A program made the translations under genes and the position numbers. The notes under the pieces are model-generated. The model did no database searches and was not told the origin of the DNA. It saw nothing but the letters and a program-made list of their open reading frames with translations. Shown piece by piece: positions 46,074 through 56,351 of a stretch of DNA of 64,000 nucleotides (the first letter of the stretch is position 1; each line of letters starts with the position of its first letter). The DNA comes from an uncultured bacterium. Its GTDB lineage: Bacteria; Fermentibacterota; Fermentibacteria; Fermentibacterales; JCC-6. Where the stretch lies: positions 494-64,493 of the forward strand of contig CAZKJG010000016.1 in assembly GCA_964553045.1 (NCBI GenBank). The letters run 5' to 3'.

Positions 46074-48191
46074 TCAGATCTCCACCTTTCCAACCTCCAG
46101 AGAGAGGCTCCTCTGGTTGGAGCTCTCCCCGCTCTCGTGCATGACCCTGTAACTCCCCTCCTGTAGGAGGTCTCCGCCGTTCCAGACCATTTCCATGCCG
46201 TGCTTGGCTATCTCCTCGTCGGTGTGCGGGTAGGGACATACGAAGTGCTCGCCGGCTATGTAGCCGTGAACGGGGCATATGGAGAAAGTGGGAGTAAAGC
46301 TGAAGTAGGGAAGGCTGAAGTTCTCCACTACGGTTCTGGCCAGCTTTCGGACCATCTTCCAGTCCGTGATGGCCTCTCCTATGAACACGTGCACCACGGT
46401 CCCGCCGGTGAACTTGCCCTGCAGGGGGTCCTGATGGCCCAGAAGCTCGAACATGTCGGTCCTAACGTCCACCGGCAGATGGACGGAGTTGGTGTAGTAG
46501 CGGTTCGTGCCCCCCATCGCGGCAGCGTCCGGGAACCTTTCGAGGTCCTTTCGGGCCAGCCTGTAGGAGGCCCCTTCGGCCGGAGACGCCTCCAGGTTGT
46601 ACAGGTGGCCGCTCTCGTGCTGGAACTCCGTGAGCTTGTCGCGCATGAAGTCAAGGACCTCCAGAGCCCAGTCACGGGACCGGGAGTCCTCGATGCCCTG
46701 GCCTGTGAAGTTGATGCAGGCCTCGTTCATGCCGATGAGGCCGACGGTGGAAAAGTGGTTGGCCCAGTACGATCCCTGCTCGCTCTTGATGCTGCCCAGG
46801 TAGTGGCGCGTATAGGGGTAGAGTCCCCGGTCGGTCAGTTCCTCTATGAGCCCCCGCTTCAGCTCCAGCGACTCCCGCGCCGCCTCCATGACCGCGCTGA
46901 GCCGGTTGTAGAACTCGTCGTGGTTGCCGGCTGTGTAGGCTATCCTGGGCAGGTTTACGGTCACCACTCCGATGGAGCCGGTGAGCGGGTTCGACCCGAA
47001 AAGCCCGCCGCCGCGCTTTCGCAGCTCGCGGTTGTCCAGCCGAAGACGGCAGCACATGCTGCGGGCGTCGTCGGGGTCCATGTCCGAGCCCACGAAGTTG
47101 CTGAAGTAGGGGATGCCGTACTTGCCCGTCATCTCCCACATGGGGCGCAGCTCCTCGTTGTCCCAGTCGAAGTCCTCGGTAAGGTTGTAGGTGGGAATGG
47201 GGAACGTGAATATCCTCCCCTTCTCGTCACCCTCCATCATCAGGCGGGAGAATGCGCGGTTGAAGACGTTCATCTCCTCCTGGAAGTCGGCGTAGGTCAG
47301 CTCCCGCTCCCCGCCGCCCACCACCACTTTGCGTTCGGCCAGCGAAGGCGGGACCTTGAGGTCCATGGTGATGTTGGTGAACGGCGTCTGAAAGCCGACC
47401 CTCGTGGGGATGTTCACATTGAAGAGGAACTCCTGCAGACACTGCTTGACCTCGTTCTCGTTGAGGCGGTCGTAACGGATAAACGGGGCCAGCAGGGTAT
47501 CGAAGTTGGAGAACGCCTGGGCACCGGCCGCCTCCCCCTGCAGGGTGTAGAAGAAGTTCACTATCTGCCCCAGTGCCGTCCTGAGGTGCGAGGGAGGTGC
47601 CGACTCGATCTTGCCCCTGGCCCCCCGGAAGCCGTACCGAAGCAGCTCCATCAGGTCCCAGCCCACGCAGTAGGGGCCGAGTATGCCGAGGTCGTGTATG
47701 TGCATGTCGCCGTTGTCGTGGTACTCCTTTATGCGTGGTGTGTAGATCTTGCTCAGCCAGTACCTGGCCGTGATGGAGGAGGAGAGGTAGAAGTTCAGAC
47801 CCTGGAGGGAGTAGTTCATGTTGGAGTTCTCGTTTACCCTCCAGTCCTCCCGGCCGATGTAGTCGCCGACCAGGCCGTCGATTCCGCTGAATATCCGGTC
47901 GACCTCGCGGGCCTCGTTGCGCTTCTCGCGGTAGAGGATGAAGGCCCTGGCCGCGGCGGTCAGGCCCCGCAGCACAAGGGTCTCCTCGATGAAATCCTGT
48001 ATCTGCTCTACGGTGGGGACGGTGCCGCCCTTGAAGAATTCCATGTACAGTGCGGCCTCCACCTGGCCGGCCAGGTCCGCCGGGCTCTCTTCGCTCTCGC
48101 CGACCCTGAGGGCCTTCTCGATGGCCAGCTGGATCTTCCTCTTGCGGTAGGTGGCAATCCGTCCGTCACGCTTGCGTATCAACCAGTCCAT
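46074..48191 (-). CDS. nrdD: Anaerobic ribonucleoside-triphosphate reductase (class III) with ATP-cone, apparently lacking its C-terminal glycyl-radical motif
   Basis: N-terminal ATP-cone (IRKRDGRIATYRKRKIQLAIEKAL), class III RNR core, degenerate Zn site CPVH...CPYPH. The ORF ends without an RVxGY motif. Confidence 0.9.
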   Translation of the reverse strand: MDWLIRKRDGRIATYRKRKIQLAIEKALRVGESEESPADLAGQVEAALYMEFFKGGTVPTVEQIQDFIEETLVLRGLTAAARAFILYREKRNEAREVDRIFSGIDGLVGDYIGREDWRVNENSNMNYSLQGLNFYLSSSITARYWLSKIYTPRIKEYHDNGDMHIHDLGILGPYCVGWDLMELLRYGFRGARGKIESAPPSHLRTALGQIVNFFYTLQGEAAGAQAFSNFDTLLAPFIRYDRLNENEVKQCLQEFLFNVNIPTRVGFQTPFTNITMDLKVPPSLAERKVVVGGGERELTYADFQEEMNVFNRAFSRLMMEGDEKGRIFTFPIPTYNLTEDFDWDNEELRPMWEMTGKYGIPYFSNFVGSDMDPDDARSMCCRLRLDNRELRKRGGGLFGSNPLTGSIGVVTVNLPRIAYTAGNHDEFYNRLSAVMEAARESLELKRGLIEELTDRGLYPYTRHYLGSIKSEQGSYWANHFSTVGLIGMNEACINFTGQGIEDSRSRDWALEVLDFMRDKLTEFQHESGHLYNLEASPAEGASYRLARKDLERFPDAAAMGGTNRYYTNSVHLPVDVRTDMFELLGHQDPLQGKFTGGTVVHVFIGEAITDWKMVRKLARTVVENFSLPYFSFTPTFSICPVHGYIAGEHFVCPYPHTDEEIAKHGMEMVWNGGDLLQEGSYRVMHESGESSNQRSLSLEVGKVEI

Positions 48192-48391
48192 GCATGCCCC
48201 CGCGTCGGCGAAATGTGGAGATGCTTCCGGTACGTCAATGCAATAAACGATCCATAGTCCCGCCGCCGTGAAACCGGCGGCATACGGCGACGCGACCCAC
48301 TCGGGTGATTGTAAGCGGCAGCCGATGCCAGATTATCAACCCCCCACCGATTCCGATCATATGGAATCGGAAAACGCAGTCAACCCCGAAA

Positions 48392-48440
48392 GCACAATAT
48401 CTTGTATTTGGGTCGAAGAACAGAATACAATATGTAGTAG
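48392..48440. promoter_or_regulatory. Two candidate NrdR boxes upstream of nrdD
   Basis: gcACAATATCTTGTat (48392-48407) and atACAATATGTAGTag (48425-48440) match the NrdR consensus acaCwAtATaTwGtgt at 13/16 and 12/16, spaced 33 bp, in the 400-bp region 5' of nrdD. Confidence 0.5.
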
Positions 48441-48591
48441 ATATGGAAATTCCCCTTATCGCTTGATTCGCATGTCTTTAGAGATGGAATCCCGAAATTG
48501 GCCGAGTAGACTGGTGGTGTCCGTCCTGCTGGGGGTTGTGCATATTGCGGGCTGGATTCCAGGCGCTTGCGGCGGACGGGGGTAATAAACC

Positions 48592-49479
48592 ATGGCAGAC
48601 CAGCCAAGGGTTCCCGCCAGGGTCATGGCCCTGCTGGCCGTCGTCCTGTGGTCCACCGCCGCCTCTGCCTTCAAGCTGACGCTCCGCTACCTCTCCCCCT
48701 ACATGCTCCTGTTGCTGTCCTCGGCCGTTTCGCTGGCCGTACTCTGGGGGCTGGATCTGGCCAGGGGCGGGGGCCGGTCGCTGCAGGGCCGGTGGGCGGC
48801 CCTGCGCGGCCTGATGAACCCATTCCTCTACTACCTCGTGCTGCTCACTGCCTACGACCGGCTTCCGGCCCAGATAGCCATGGTGATCAACTACCTCTGG
48901 CCCATAATGCTGGTCCTGCTCTCGATACCCGTTCTCGGTCAGAGGATCGGGCTGGCGGGCATTGGAGCGGTACTGGTGAGCTTCAGCGGAGTGGTCGTGC
49001 TGGCCATGGGGGCCGGAGGCGACCTCTCCGGAGCCGGTCTGGGCCCGATGCTGCTGGCGCTTCTCAGCACTGTAATCTGGGCCGCCTACTGGCTTCTGAA
49101 CATGAAGAGCCGCGGCTCGGGTGTCTCCGCTCTCAGGGGGAACTTCCAGTGGGGAATGATCTACCTGCTCGCGTACGGACTTCTCACCGGCGAGCTGAGG
49201 GTCCCGGTTCTCGAGGGCGTGCTCGGAGCCGCATACGTTGGTCTTTTCGAGATGAGCCTTACCTACGTGGTCTGGCTGTCCGCCCTCTCCCATGCCCGGA
49301 CCACGGCAGAGGTGAGCAGCATGATCTACCTGACGCCCTTTCTCTCCCTTCTGGTCATAGCAGTATCGGTGGGGGAGAAGATAAGTCCATGGACGGTCGC
49401 CGGGCTGGTTCTGGTGATAGGGGGAATAGTACTGGAGAGGGGCCTGGGGCGGGTTGGCGCAGCCGTGGGCCGGCGTTAG
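48592..49479 (+). CDS. DMT superfamily (EamA-like) transporter
   Basis: Ten-TMS profile with two EamA-like halves. Confidence 0.8.
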   Translation: MADQPRVPARVMALLAVVLWSTAASAFKLTLRYLSPYMLLLLSSAVSLAVLWGLDLARGGGRSLQGRWAALRGLMNPFLYYLVLLTAYDRLPAQIAMVINYLWPIMLVLLSIPVLGQRIGLAGIGAVLVSFSGVVVLAMGAGGDLSGAGLGPMLLALLSTVIWAAYWLLNMKSRGSGVSALRGNFQWGMIYLLAYGLLTGELRVPVLEGVLGAAYVGLFEMSLTYVVWLSALSHARTTAEVSSMIYLTPFLSLLVIAVSVGEKISPWTVAGLVLVIGGIVLERGLGRVGAAVGRR

Positions 49480-49524
49480 CTTGCCGATGGATGATGGGGC
49501 GGTCTCACACGGAGGAGGGAGAGG

Positions 49525-50592
49525 ATGGTGCTGGCAGCTGCTGCGGTTCTGGCGCTGGCGGTCGGGCCGGCTGCGCTGGAGTGCGAGATTCTGGACAGCG
49601 TTCGCGTGGACATGGGCTACGGAGCGGCCTTTCAGGTGCTGTGCCTGGGGGCCGGACCCACCGGCGGAGTGGCGGCAGGTGGCGTCACCGGCGAAGGCGT
49701 GGACTACATGAGCCGAGCCTTCACCGTGGGCCTCGGCTCCGGCTGGAACGTGCAGTGGAGCGGTATTGCCGAGGGGGTGAACTCGGGCTGGATCTCCTCG
49801 GTAAGCCCCTCCTGGGACGGCGGATGCATCTGCGGCGGGGCCACAGACTACTCGCCCGGTGACCAGGGCGACGCCTGGGTGGTGGCTCTGGACCCCGGGG
49901 GGTTCGTCCGGTGGCAGCACCATCGTGAGGGCGAAAGCGAGCTTTCAGAGGTGTCGTGGGTGTCCGGGTCGCACATGCGCTCCCTGGCCGCAGGATACAC
50001 CCATGACCAGGCCGGAAGGCCCCGGTCATGGCTTCTGAGGCTGGACGACGCCGGCAGGGCCACCTCCAGAAGCGAAGTGGACCTGGACGGCTTCAAGGTG
50101 CTGGGCGCTTGCTCCACCTTCGCCGGAGAGACGGTGATGGTGGGCTCCCGCTACGGAGCGGCCGCCGCGGTGATGGTGGACGGCGAGGGCGGGACGGCAT
50201 GGACCGACCCCGCCATCGTGGAGGGGGCCCTGGGGACCGTGGAGGAGTGCGAGGGAGGATTGCTGTCCGGTGGCCACGCCTACGCAGACGGCGGCGACCC
50301 GCTGCTCTGCCTTCACTCCCGGCTGGGGGGCAGCCGATGGGTACGCAACCTCGCCGAGGACGGTTACTCGGGCAGCGTATTGGACCTGGCGCCCATTCCC
50401 GGAATTGGCAGCGCGCTGGTCATTGCCGGTTCTCCGCGTCTGGTCGTATGCGATCTGCAGGGCAAGCCCCTGGGAGAGGTTGATCCGGGCTTCCGTCCGT
50501 CGGCGGTGGCCGCCCTGGAGGACGGCACCCTGGCGGTTGCCGGCAGCGGCATGGGCGAGGTGCGACTGGCGCGGCTGCGCATCACCCGGTAA
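49525..50592 (+). CDS. Hypothetical secreted protein
   Basis: Signal peptide (AAAVLALAVGPAALE). Gly/Ser-rich, no known domain recognised. GGAGGAGGGAGAGG SD. Confidence 0.5.
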   Translation: MVLAAAAVLALAVGPAALECEILDSVRVDMGYGAAFQVLCLGAGPTGGVAAGGVTGEGVDYMSRAFTVGLGSGWNVQWSGIAEGVNSGWISSVSPSWDGGCICGGATDYSPGDQGDAWVVALDPGGFVRWQHHREGESELSEVSWVSGSHMRSLAAGYTHDQAGRPRSWLLRLDDAGRATSRSEVDLDGFKVLGACSTFAGETVMVGSRYGAAAAVMVDGEGGTAWTDPAIVEGALGTVEECEGGLLSGGHAYADGGDPLLCLHSRLGGSRWVRNLAEDGYSGSVLDLAPIPGIGSALVIAGSPRLVVCDLQGKPLGEVDPGFRPSAVAALEDGTLAVAGSGMGEVRLARLRITR

Positions 50593-50628
50593 AAAGGGGA
50601 CGGAGGTCTCGCCCTCCGCCCCGCCTGT

Positions 50629-51126
50629 CTACACGAGGTCGAGGAGCCACCGCTTCAGCAGGCTTCCGGCCAGCGTCAGAATCCCCGCCGCCCCCATCAC
50701 AACCACAACCGTGGCCACGTCCCACGGGTTCAGCAGGAAGGCCATGGCCAGCCCGGACGCGGGGGGGTGCTCGGTGTCGGTGACGGTCATGACGAAAAGC
50801 GATACGGCCACAGCTGCCGCCCCGGCCACCGCCCTCCAGACGGTCCATTCGGTCCCGCAGGAGGTGAGGGCGGAGACCGTGAGCATACTGAGGATGCCGC
50901 AGGCGGCGCCCACGGCGTAGCCCCCCAGGACTGCCCTGGGCGCCGCGGAGTAGGAGTTCGGGGCGGCGAAGACGATGAAGGCGCTGGCCCCCAGGGAGGC
51001 GATGATGGCCGTCTGCTGCACCGTGTCCAGGAGCATGAGGACCACGAATATCACGGCTCCCGCGGCCAGGCTCTGCCAGATGTACCGGAACACGTGATGG
51101 CGCAGGCCCGTGTCCAGGAATCTCAT
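50629..51126 (-). CDS. HPP family membrane protein
   Basis: Four-TMS profile with HPP motif. The long 5' extension of the ORF-track entry is GC-frame artefact. ATG at 51126 overlaps the M16 stop (ATGA). Confidence 0.65.
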   Translation of the reverse strand: MRFLDTGLRHHVFRYIWQSLAAGAVIFVVLMLLDTVQQTAIIASLGASAFIVFAAPNSYSAAPRAVLGGYAVGAACGILSMLTVSALTSCGTEWTVWRAVAGAAAVAVSLFVMTVTDTEHPPASGLAMAFLLNPWDVATVVVVMGAAGILTLAGSLLKRWLLDLV

Positions 51127-53753
51127 TCGTCCGTCTTCTCCGGAACGTCCCCGGCCCGGGAGATGAAGAGGGGCCTCTCCGGCCCCAGCCACCGGCGGGC
51201 CACCTCCAGGAGGTCTTCGGGGGTGAGGGAGAGTGTTCTCCGCAGGCTCTCCAGGTCGTACCCGAGGCTCCTGCCCCTGGCCAGGTGGACCAGTATGTAC
51301 TCCGCCACGCTGCCGTAGTCCATCCGTTCCAGGGAGTGCCTTCCCACCCGGTAGGCGCAGGCCAGCCGGAGCTCTGTTCCGCTCACCGGCTCGGACGCCA
51401 TCCTGTCCAGCTCCTCCCTGACCGAGGCCATGGCCCTTCCGGCGCTGGTGCCGCCGGTGGAGAGGTAGAGTATGAGCCTGCCGCACCCGGGCCAGGGCAG
51501 ATAGGCGCTTCCCACGGCGTAGGCCAGGCCCTCCCGGTCGCGTACCCTGTGGCCCAGGCGGGAGCCTATTCCGCCCCCCAGCAGCCAGCTTATCAGGCCC
51601 ATGGCGTCCCTCTGGCCCGAGAAGCGGTCCGGAGCCTCCAGCCCCATCAGAATTGCCGCCTGCTGCATGCCCTCCATGTGCTGGCTTCTGCTCAGAGGCG
51701 TCTCGGGCAGGCTTCCCACGCTTCTCTCCGGCAGCGGCCCGGAAGGGCCCTGCCATCCTTCCAGCAGCCTGTCCAGGCGATCCAGGACGGCGTCCGCATC
51801 CAGGTCTCCCACCGCCACGAAGATGGCCCCACGGGGCCTGCAGCAGAGCCGGTGCCATGCCCGGACGTCCCCTGAGCCTATTCGGTCCAGGGTCTCAAGT
51901 GTGGGTATTCGGGCCACCTCGGGGGGGCGGCACATGAGCAGCGAGAGGTTGTCGGCCGCCAGTCCGAAGGGCGACTCGTGCTTGCGGCCGATCTCCGCGG
52001 TCTTCTCGGCCGTCACCCGATCCACGTCTTCCTCGCGGAGGGCCGGATGCAGCAGTACGTCCGCCACCGTCTGCAGGACCTCGTCCGTCATCGACGGCAG
52101 GAAGGTGGCCATGCCCCTGGAGAACTCCCGTCCCGCCCCCAGGTCCAGGCTCCCGCCCCGGTCCTCCAAAACGGCGTGGAGCTGCCTGTAGCCCAGGGAC
52201 TTCGTTCCCCGCATCATCGATTCGGCGGTGACGGAGCAGAGCCCCGCCATCTCCGACGGCTCTGCGTCGGAGGCCATGGGGAACGAGAATGACATCGCCG
52301 CCGTGGGGAAGCTGTGGTCCTCGATGACCACTGCCCTCGCCCCGCACTCCAGCACCCGCTCCACCGCGCCCCGGGAGATCGACCTGCGGGGGAGCGCCAG
52401 CAGGCGGTGAGGTACCTGCAGGCCCCGGAGATCGATGGATTCCGGCTCCCGGACGTCTCCGGGAGGCGCTTCGGAGGGGACCTCGGCGGAGGGGGAGAGG
52501 ACGCCGCCGCCTGCCGCGGGCTCCATTCGGACCAGCAGCGCCCCGTCGGGGGACAGGTATTCGGCGGCCGCCCGCATCAGGTCCTCCGGAGTGGCGCTGG
52601 ATGAGGCTTCCAGCAGCATGTCCGTTCTGTCGACGCTGTCGAAGCGGGTCACGTCCATCCCCAGCTGGATTGCCCTTCCCGCCGGGTTGGAGGAGGCGAA
52701 GAGGGCGTCCGCGCGCACCCGGGTGGCCAGCGATTCCAGCTCTTCGGGGTCCAGCGGCTCGTCGGCGAGGCTCGCAATTGCGGACTCCACCACCTCAGCG
52801 GTCTCGCGGTGCTCCACCCCCGGGGCCAGCGTTGCGGCGACCACGAACAGGCCAGGGTCTATTCCGCCCAGCGACGAGGCGGAGACTCCCACCGCCAGCC
52901 CCGTCTCCACCAGGGAGGACTCCAGTATTCCGGTCCTTCCGGCGGCCAGCCTCAGGGCCAGCATCTTCAGAAGCGCCGCGTCCGGATGATCTCCGGGCGG
53001 TACCCGGAACCCCAGGGCCAGGCGCCTGAGGGTGGAGGGGTGCTCCAGGTCCAGCTCCCGGCGGCCGCCGGGTCGGGGATCGGGCGCGATTCCGGAAGGG
53101 GGAGCGGGGACCGCATCCTCCGAGCCCCTGAAGATCTCGCCGCAGAGCTTCTGCGCATGGTCTTCGTCTATGCATCCGCAGATGGAGAGAACCGCGTTCT
53201 CCGGACGGTAGACCTCATCGTAGTAATCGAGCACCTTCGCCCGCGTGAACCCCTCCACGTCCTCCGCTGCGCCCGCCACCGGCCAGCGGTACGGATGGCT
53301 GGGGAAGGCCTCTGCGTAGAGCCGGTCCATGAGCATGCCGTTGGGATTGTCGCGGCCCGTCATCCGCAGCTCCTCCAGGACCACCTGCCGCTCTGCCGCC
53401 AACTCTTCTGCCGCCATGGTGCAGTTGTGCATCCTGTCCGCCTCTATTCGCAGCACCCGCTCCAGGCTCCTGTCCGGCACCACGGTGTAGTATGCCGTCA
53501 TGTCCCTGGAGGTGAAGGCGTTGGCCACTCCACCCGCCCTCTTTATGAGCTGCCAGTACCGCGACGGCGGCATTCGAGTGGTTCCCTTGAACATCATGTG
53601 CTCCAGGAAGTGGCTCAGCCCCCGCACGCCCTTCCTCTCGTTGCGGGAGCCGACCCGGTAGGAGAGAACGCAGGCCGCCACCGGCGCGTACTCCACCCTG
53701 CGCAGGATTACTGTCATGCCGCCGGGAAGCACTGCTTTTGCGGGCCGGTCCAA
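51123..53753 (-). CDS. M16 family (pitrilysin/insulinase-like) zinc peptidase, tandem M16 units
   Basis: HFLEHMMFKGT (HxxEH) zinc motif in the first unit. Second inactive-type M16 unit. 876 aa. Possible TTG start after GGAGGG. Confidence 0.8.
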   Translation of the reverse strand: MDRPAKAVLPGGMTVILRRVEYAPVAACVLSYRVGSRNERKGVRGLSHFLEHMMFKGTTRMPPSRYWQLIKRAGGVANAFTSRDMTAYYTVVPDRSLERVLRIEADRMHNCTMAAEELAAERQVVLEELRMTGRDNPNGMLMDRLYAEAFPSHPYRWPVAGAAEDVEGFTRAKVLDYYDEVYRPENAVLSICGCIDEDHAQKLCGEIFRGSEDAVPAPPSGIAPDPRPGGRRELDLEHPSTLRRLALGFRVPPGDHPDAALLKMLALRLAAGRTGILESSLVETGLAVGVSASSLGGIDPGLFVVAATLAPGVEHRETAEVVESAIASLADEPLDPEELESLATRVRADALFASSNPAGRAIQLGMDVTRFDSVDRTDMLLEASSSATPEDLMRAAAEYLSPDGALLVRMEPAAGGGVLSPSAEVPSEAPPGDVREPESIDLRGLQVPHRLLALPRRSISRGAVERVLECGARAVVIEDHSFPTAAMSFSFPMASDAEPSEMAGLCSVTAESMMRGTKSLGYRQLHAVLEDRGGSLDLGAGREFSRGMATFLPSMTDEVLQTVADVLLHPALREEDVDRVTAEKTAEIGRKHESPFGLAADNLSLLMCRPPEVARIPTLETLDRIGSGDVRAWHRLCCRPRGAIFVAVGDLDADAVLDRLDRLLEGWQGPSGPLPERSVGSLPETPLSRSQHMEGMQQAAILMGLEAPDRFSGQRDAMGLISWLLGGGIGSRLGHRVRDREGLAYAVGSAYLPWPGCGRLILYLSTGGTSAGRAMASVREELDRMASEPVSGTELRLACAYRVGRHSLERMDYGSVAEYILVHLARGRSLGYDLESLRRTLSLTPEDLLEVARRWLGPERPLFISRAGDVPEKTDE

Positions 53754-53912
53754 GTGCCCTTCCCTCCAGAGGAAGCCTCAATCGACGAATGTGAAATCTA
53801 CCCGATTCCACCCTCCGATGTCACCGGGGCCGGGCCCTTCGGGCCCGTCGGCTTGGACGGGAATGACGGGATCGATATGTTACCCTGACATCAACATACA
53901 GAAGGGAGGAAC

Positions 53913-55547
53913 ATGTTCGACGCTGCATCAGACGTACCGTTTCCGGCCAACGAGCCGGTCCTTTCCTACGCTCCCGGGACCAAGGAGAGAGAGGCCCTGG
54001 AGAAGGAGCTGAAGAGACTCGGGTCAGGGGTGGAGGAGATTCCACTGATCATCGGCGGCAAAGAGGTTAAGACGGGTGACATCGCCGAGGTGGTCTGCCC
54101 CCACGATCACGGTCACGTTCTGGCCCGCTACCATCGGGCAGGCCCCGAGCACGTTGAGATGGCCGTCGAGACCGCCATGGAGGCATGGCGGGAGTGGTCG
54201 GACATGGACCACGATCAGCGGTTCGCCGTCTTTCTCAAGGCCGCCGAGCTGCTCTCCGGCCCTCGCAGGCACACCGTCAACGCCGCCACCATGCTCAACC
54301 AGTCGAAGAACCCCTTTCAGGCCGAGATAGACAGCGCCTGCGAGCTGATCGACTTCTGGCGCTTCAATCCGTGGTATGCCCAGCAGATCTACGCCCAGCA
54401 GCCCCTCTACAGCCCTGATGGCACCTGGAACAGGACCGAGTACAGGCCCCTGGAAGGCTTCGTTCTGGCGGTGACCCCGTTCAACTTCGTCTCCATAGGC
54501 GGCAACCTTCCCACTGCTCCGGCCATGATGGGGAACGTGGTCATCTGGAAGCCGGCCTCTTCGGTGGTATTCTCCAACTACCAGATAATGAAGATCCTCA
54601 TGGAGGCCGGAATGCCGGCCGGAGTGATCAACTTCCTGCCCGGTTCGGGCTCGAAGATCGGCGACCCGCTGGTGGACAGTCCCCATCTGGCCGGCATCCA
54701 CTTCACCGGCAGCACAGGCACCCTGCAGCACATGTGGAGAAGGGTGGCGGACAACCTCGACAGATACCGCGGCTTCCCCAGGATCGTGGGGGAGACCGGG
54801 GGGAAGGACTTCGTGATGGTCCACCCCAGCGCCGACGTCGAGCAGGTATCCACCGCCCTGATCCGTGGAGCCTGGGAGTACCAGGGCCAGAAGTGCTCGG
54901 CGGTGAGCAGGGCCTACGTACCCAAGTCGATGTGGGACGGCGTGAGGAAGCGCCTGGTGGCCGCAGCCGGGGAGATAGAGCCCGGCCCGGTGGAGGAAGT
55001 GTCCAGGTTCTTCAACGCCGTGATAGACCGTGCGGCCTTCGAGAGCATCGGGGAGTACCTGGACCTAGCCCGGGAGTCCGAAGACTGCGAGGTAGTCACC
55101 GGCGGGGGCCGTGACGACAGCGTGGGCTACTTCATCGAGCCCACAGTAGTGCGCACCACGGACCCGAAGCACCGGCTGATGCAGGAGGAGATCTTCGGCC
55201 CCGTCCTCACCGTCTACGTATACGATGACTCCAAGTGGGAGGAGACCCTCTCGCTGTGCGACGGGACCTCCCCCTACGGCCTCACCGGTGCGGTGTTCGC
55301 CACAGACCGCCAGGCGGTGGCCAAGGCCGAGACCGCGCTGCGCCACAGCGCCGGTAACTTCTACATCAACGACAAGCCCACGGGAGCCGTGGTGGGACAG
55401 CAGCCCTTCGGGGGCGCCCGGGCGTCGGGAACCAACGACAAGGCCGGCAGCGCCTTCAACCTCATGCGCTGGGTGAGCCCCAGGGCGGTGAAGGAGAACT
55501 TCAACCCGCCCCGGGACTACGGCTACCCCTTCATGGACAGGGACTGA
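53913..55547 (+). CDS. pruA: L-glutamate gamma-semialdehyde (1-pyrroline-5-carboxylate) dehydrogenase
   Basis: Collinear similarity to RocA/PruA-type P5CDH: VIWKPAS, catalytic QKCSAVSRAYV, EEIFGPVL, YGLTGAVF. GAAGGGAGGA SD. Confidence 0.9.
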   Translation: MFDAASDVPFPANEPVLSYAPGTKEREALEKELKRLGSGVEEIPLIIGGKEVKTGDIAEVVCPHDHGHVLARYHRAGPEHVEMAVETAMEAWREWSDMDHDQRFAVFLKAAELLSGPRRHTVNAATMLNQSKNPFQAEIDSACELIDFWRFNPWYAQQIYAQQPLYSPDGTWNRTEYRPLEGFVLAVTPFNFVSIGGNLPTAPAMMGNVVIWKPASSVVFSNYQIMKILMEAGMPAGVINFLPGSGSKIGDPLVDSPHLAGIHFTGSTGTLQHMWRRVADNLDRYRGFPRIVGETGGKDFVMVHPSADVEQVSTALIRGAWEYQGQKCSAVSRAYVPKSMWDGVRKRLVAAAGEIEPGPVEEVSRFFNAVIDRAAFESIGEYLDLARESEDCEVVTGGGRDDSVGYFIEPTVVRTTDPKHRLMQEEIFGPVLTVYVYDDSKWEETLSLCDGTSPYGLTGAVFATDRQAVAKAETALRHSAGNFYINDKPTGAVVGQQPFGGARASGTNDKAGSAFNLMRWVSPRAVKENFNPPRDYGYPFMDRD

Positions 55548-55667
55548 CCGGCGCTTTAGCGCAGCAGCAGGGGCGGGCCCGGCCCGCCCCTGACTGCCTT
55601 GCGGAATCGGGAACAGGCCTTTCCTGAAACGCCGCCCGGGCAATCGGGCGGAGCGGCCCGGGGTTCC

Positions 55668-56165
55668 TCAGTGGTAGCTGCGGAGACTGAACGTGATGAC
55701 GGATCCCCGGCTGCAGCGCAGCACGTTCTCCTCATCGAAGGAAATCTCCGAGACAGGCATCTCCCCGCGGTCCATCGTCTCGGGGCCCCGGGGCCCTTCG
55801 TACATCACCTCGAACTCCACGTGGGGGTCCCACTCGTCCAGGACCTCGGGCGGCGGGGCCTCCGGGCCGCTGTAGCCGGGGTCGCCAAGCTGTACCAGGA
55901 GGTAGTCGGGGGTCCACACCGCCGAGTTGCCTGCGGCCTCCCGGACGCTGCTGCGGGATGTCGCGGGCTCCCCCACGTCGCTCTCGTAGTGGATGGCGAC
56001 GAAGATCTCCGGAGGACCGCCCGTCCCGTTCCAGTCCGAACCGTCGGGCCTGGCCCGGGGGATGTCCTCCACCCGGAGCTCTGTGATGATGTAGGGGGTG
56101 CATGGTCCGATGTAGGCTGCGGCCGCTGCGGCGAGCGCCGCCGCCAGGGCGAGGGCCTTTAGCAT
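55668..56165 (-). CDS. Hypothetical secreted protein
   Basis: Signal peptide MLKALALAAALAAAAAAY, Pro/Glu-rich mature region, no known domain. Confidence 0.45.
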   Translation of the reverse strand: MLKALALAAALAAAAAAYIGPCTPYIITELRVEDIPRARPDGSDWNGTGGPPEIFVAIHYESDVGEPATSRSSVREAAGNSAVWTPDYLLVQLGDPGYSGPEAPPPEVLDEWDPHVEFEVMYEGPRGPETMDRGEMPVSEISFDEENVLRCSRGSVITFSLRSYH

Positions 56166-56351
56166 ACGTCTTCCCTTTCGTTAATGGGCTGTATGTCTCA
56201 TCACGGTACGCAACGAATACGATTACGCAACTTCAGCCTCGGTCAAGCCCACCGCCGACGGAGGGGCATTGACACGGAGCGCAGCGACTCTGCAGCCTAG
56301 ACGAAGCGACGATGCTGGCCGGGCCCATGAAGAGAAGGCGGGAGCAATGTG

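Noticed and set aside
48192-48391. B12 (cobalamin) riboswitch in the nrdD leader
   Set aside because: No B12-box (GCCACTG-like) or conserved riboswitch core was found on either strand. Only the NrdR-like boxes stand out.
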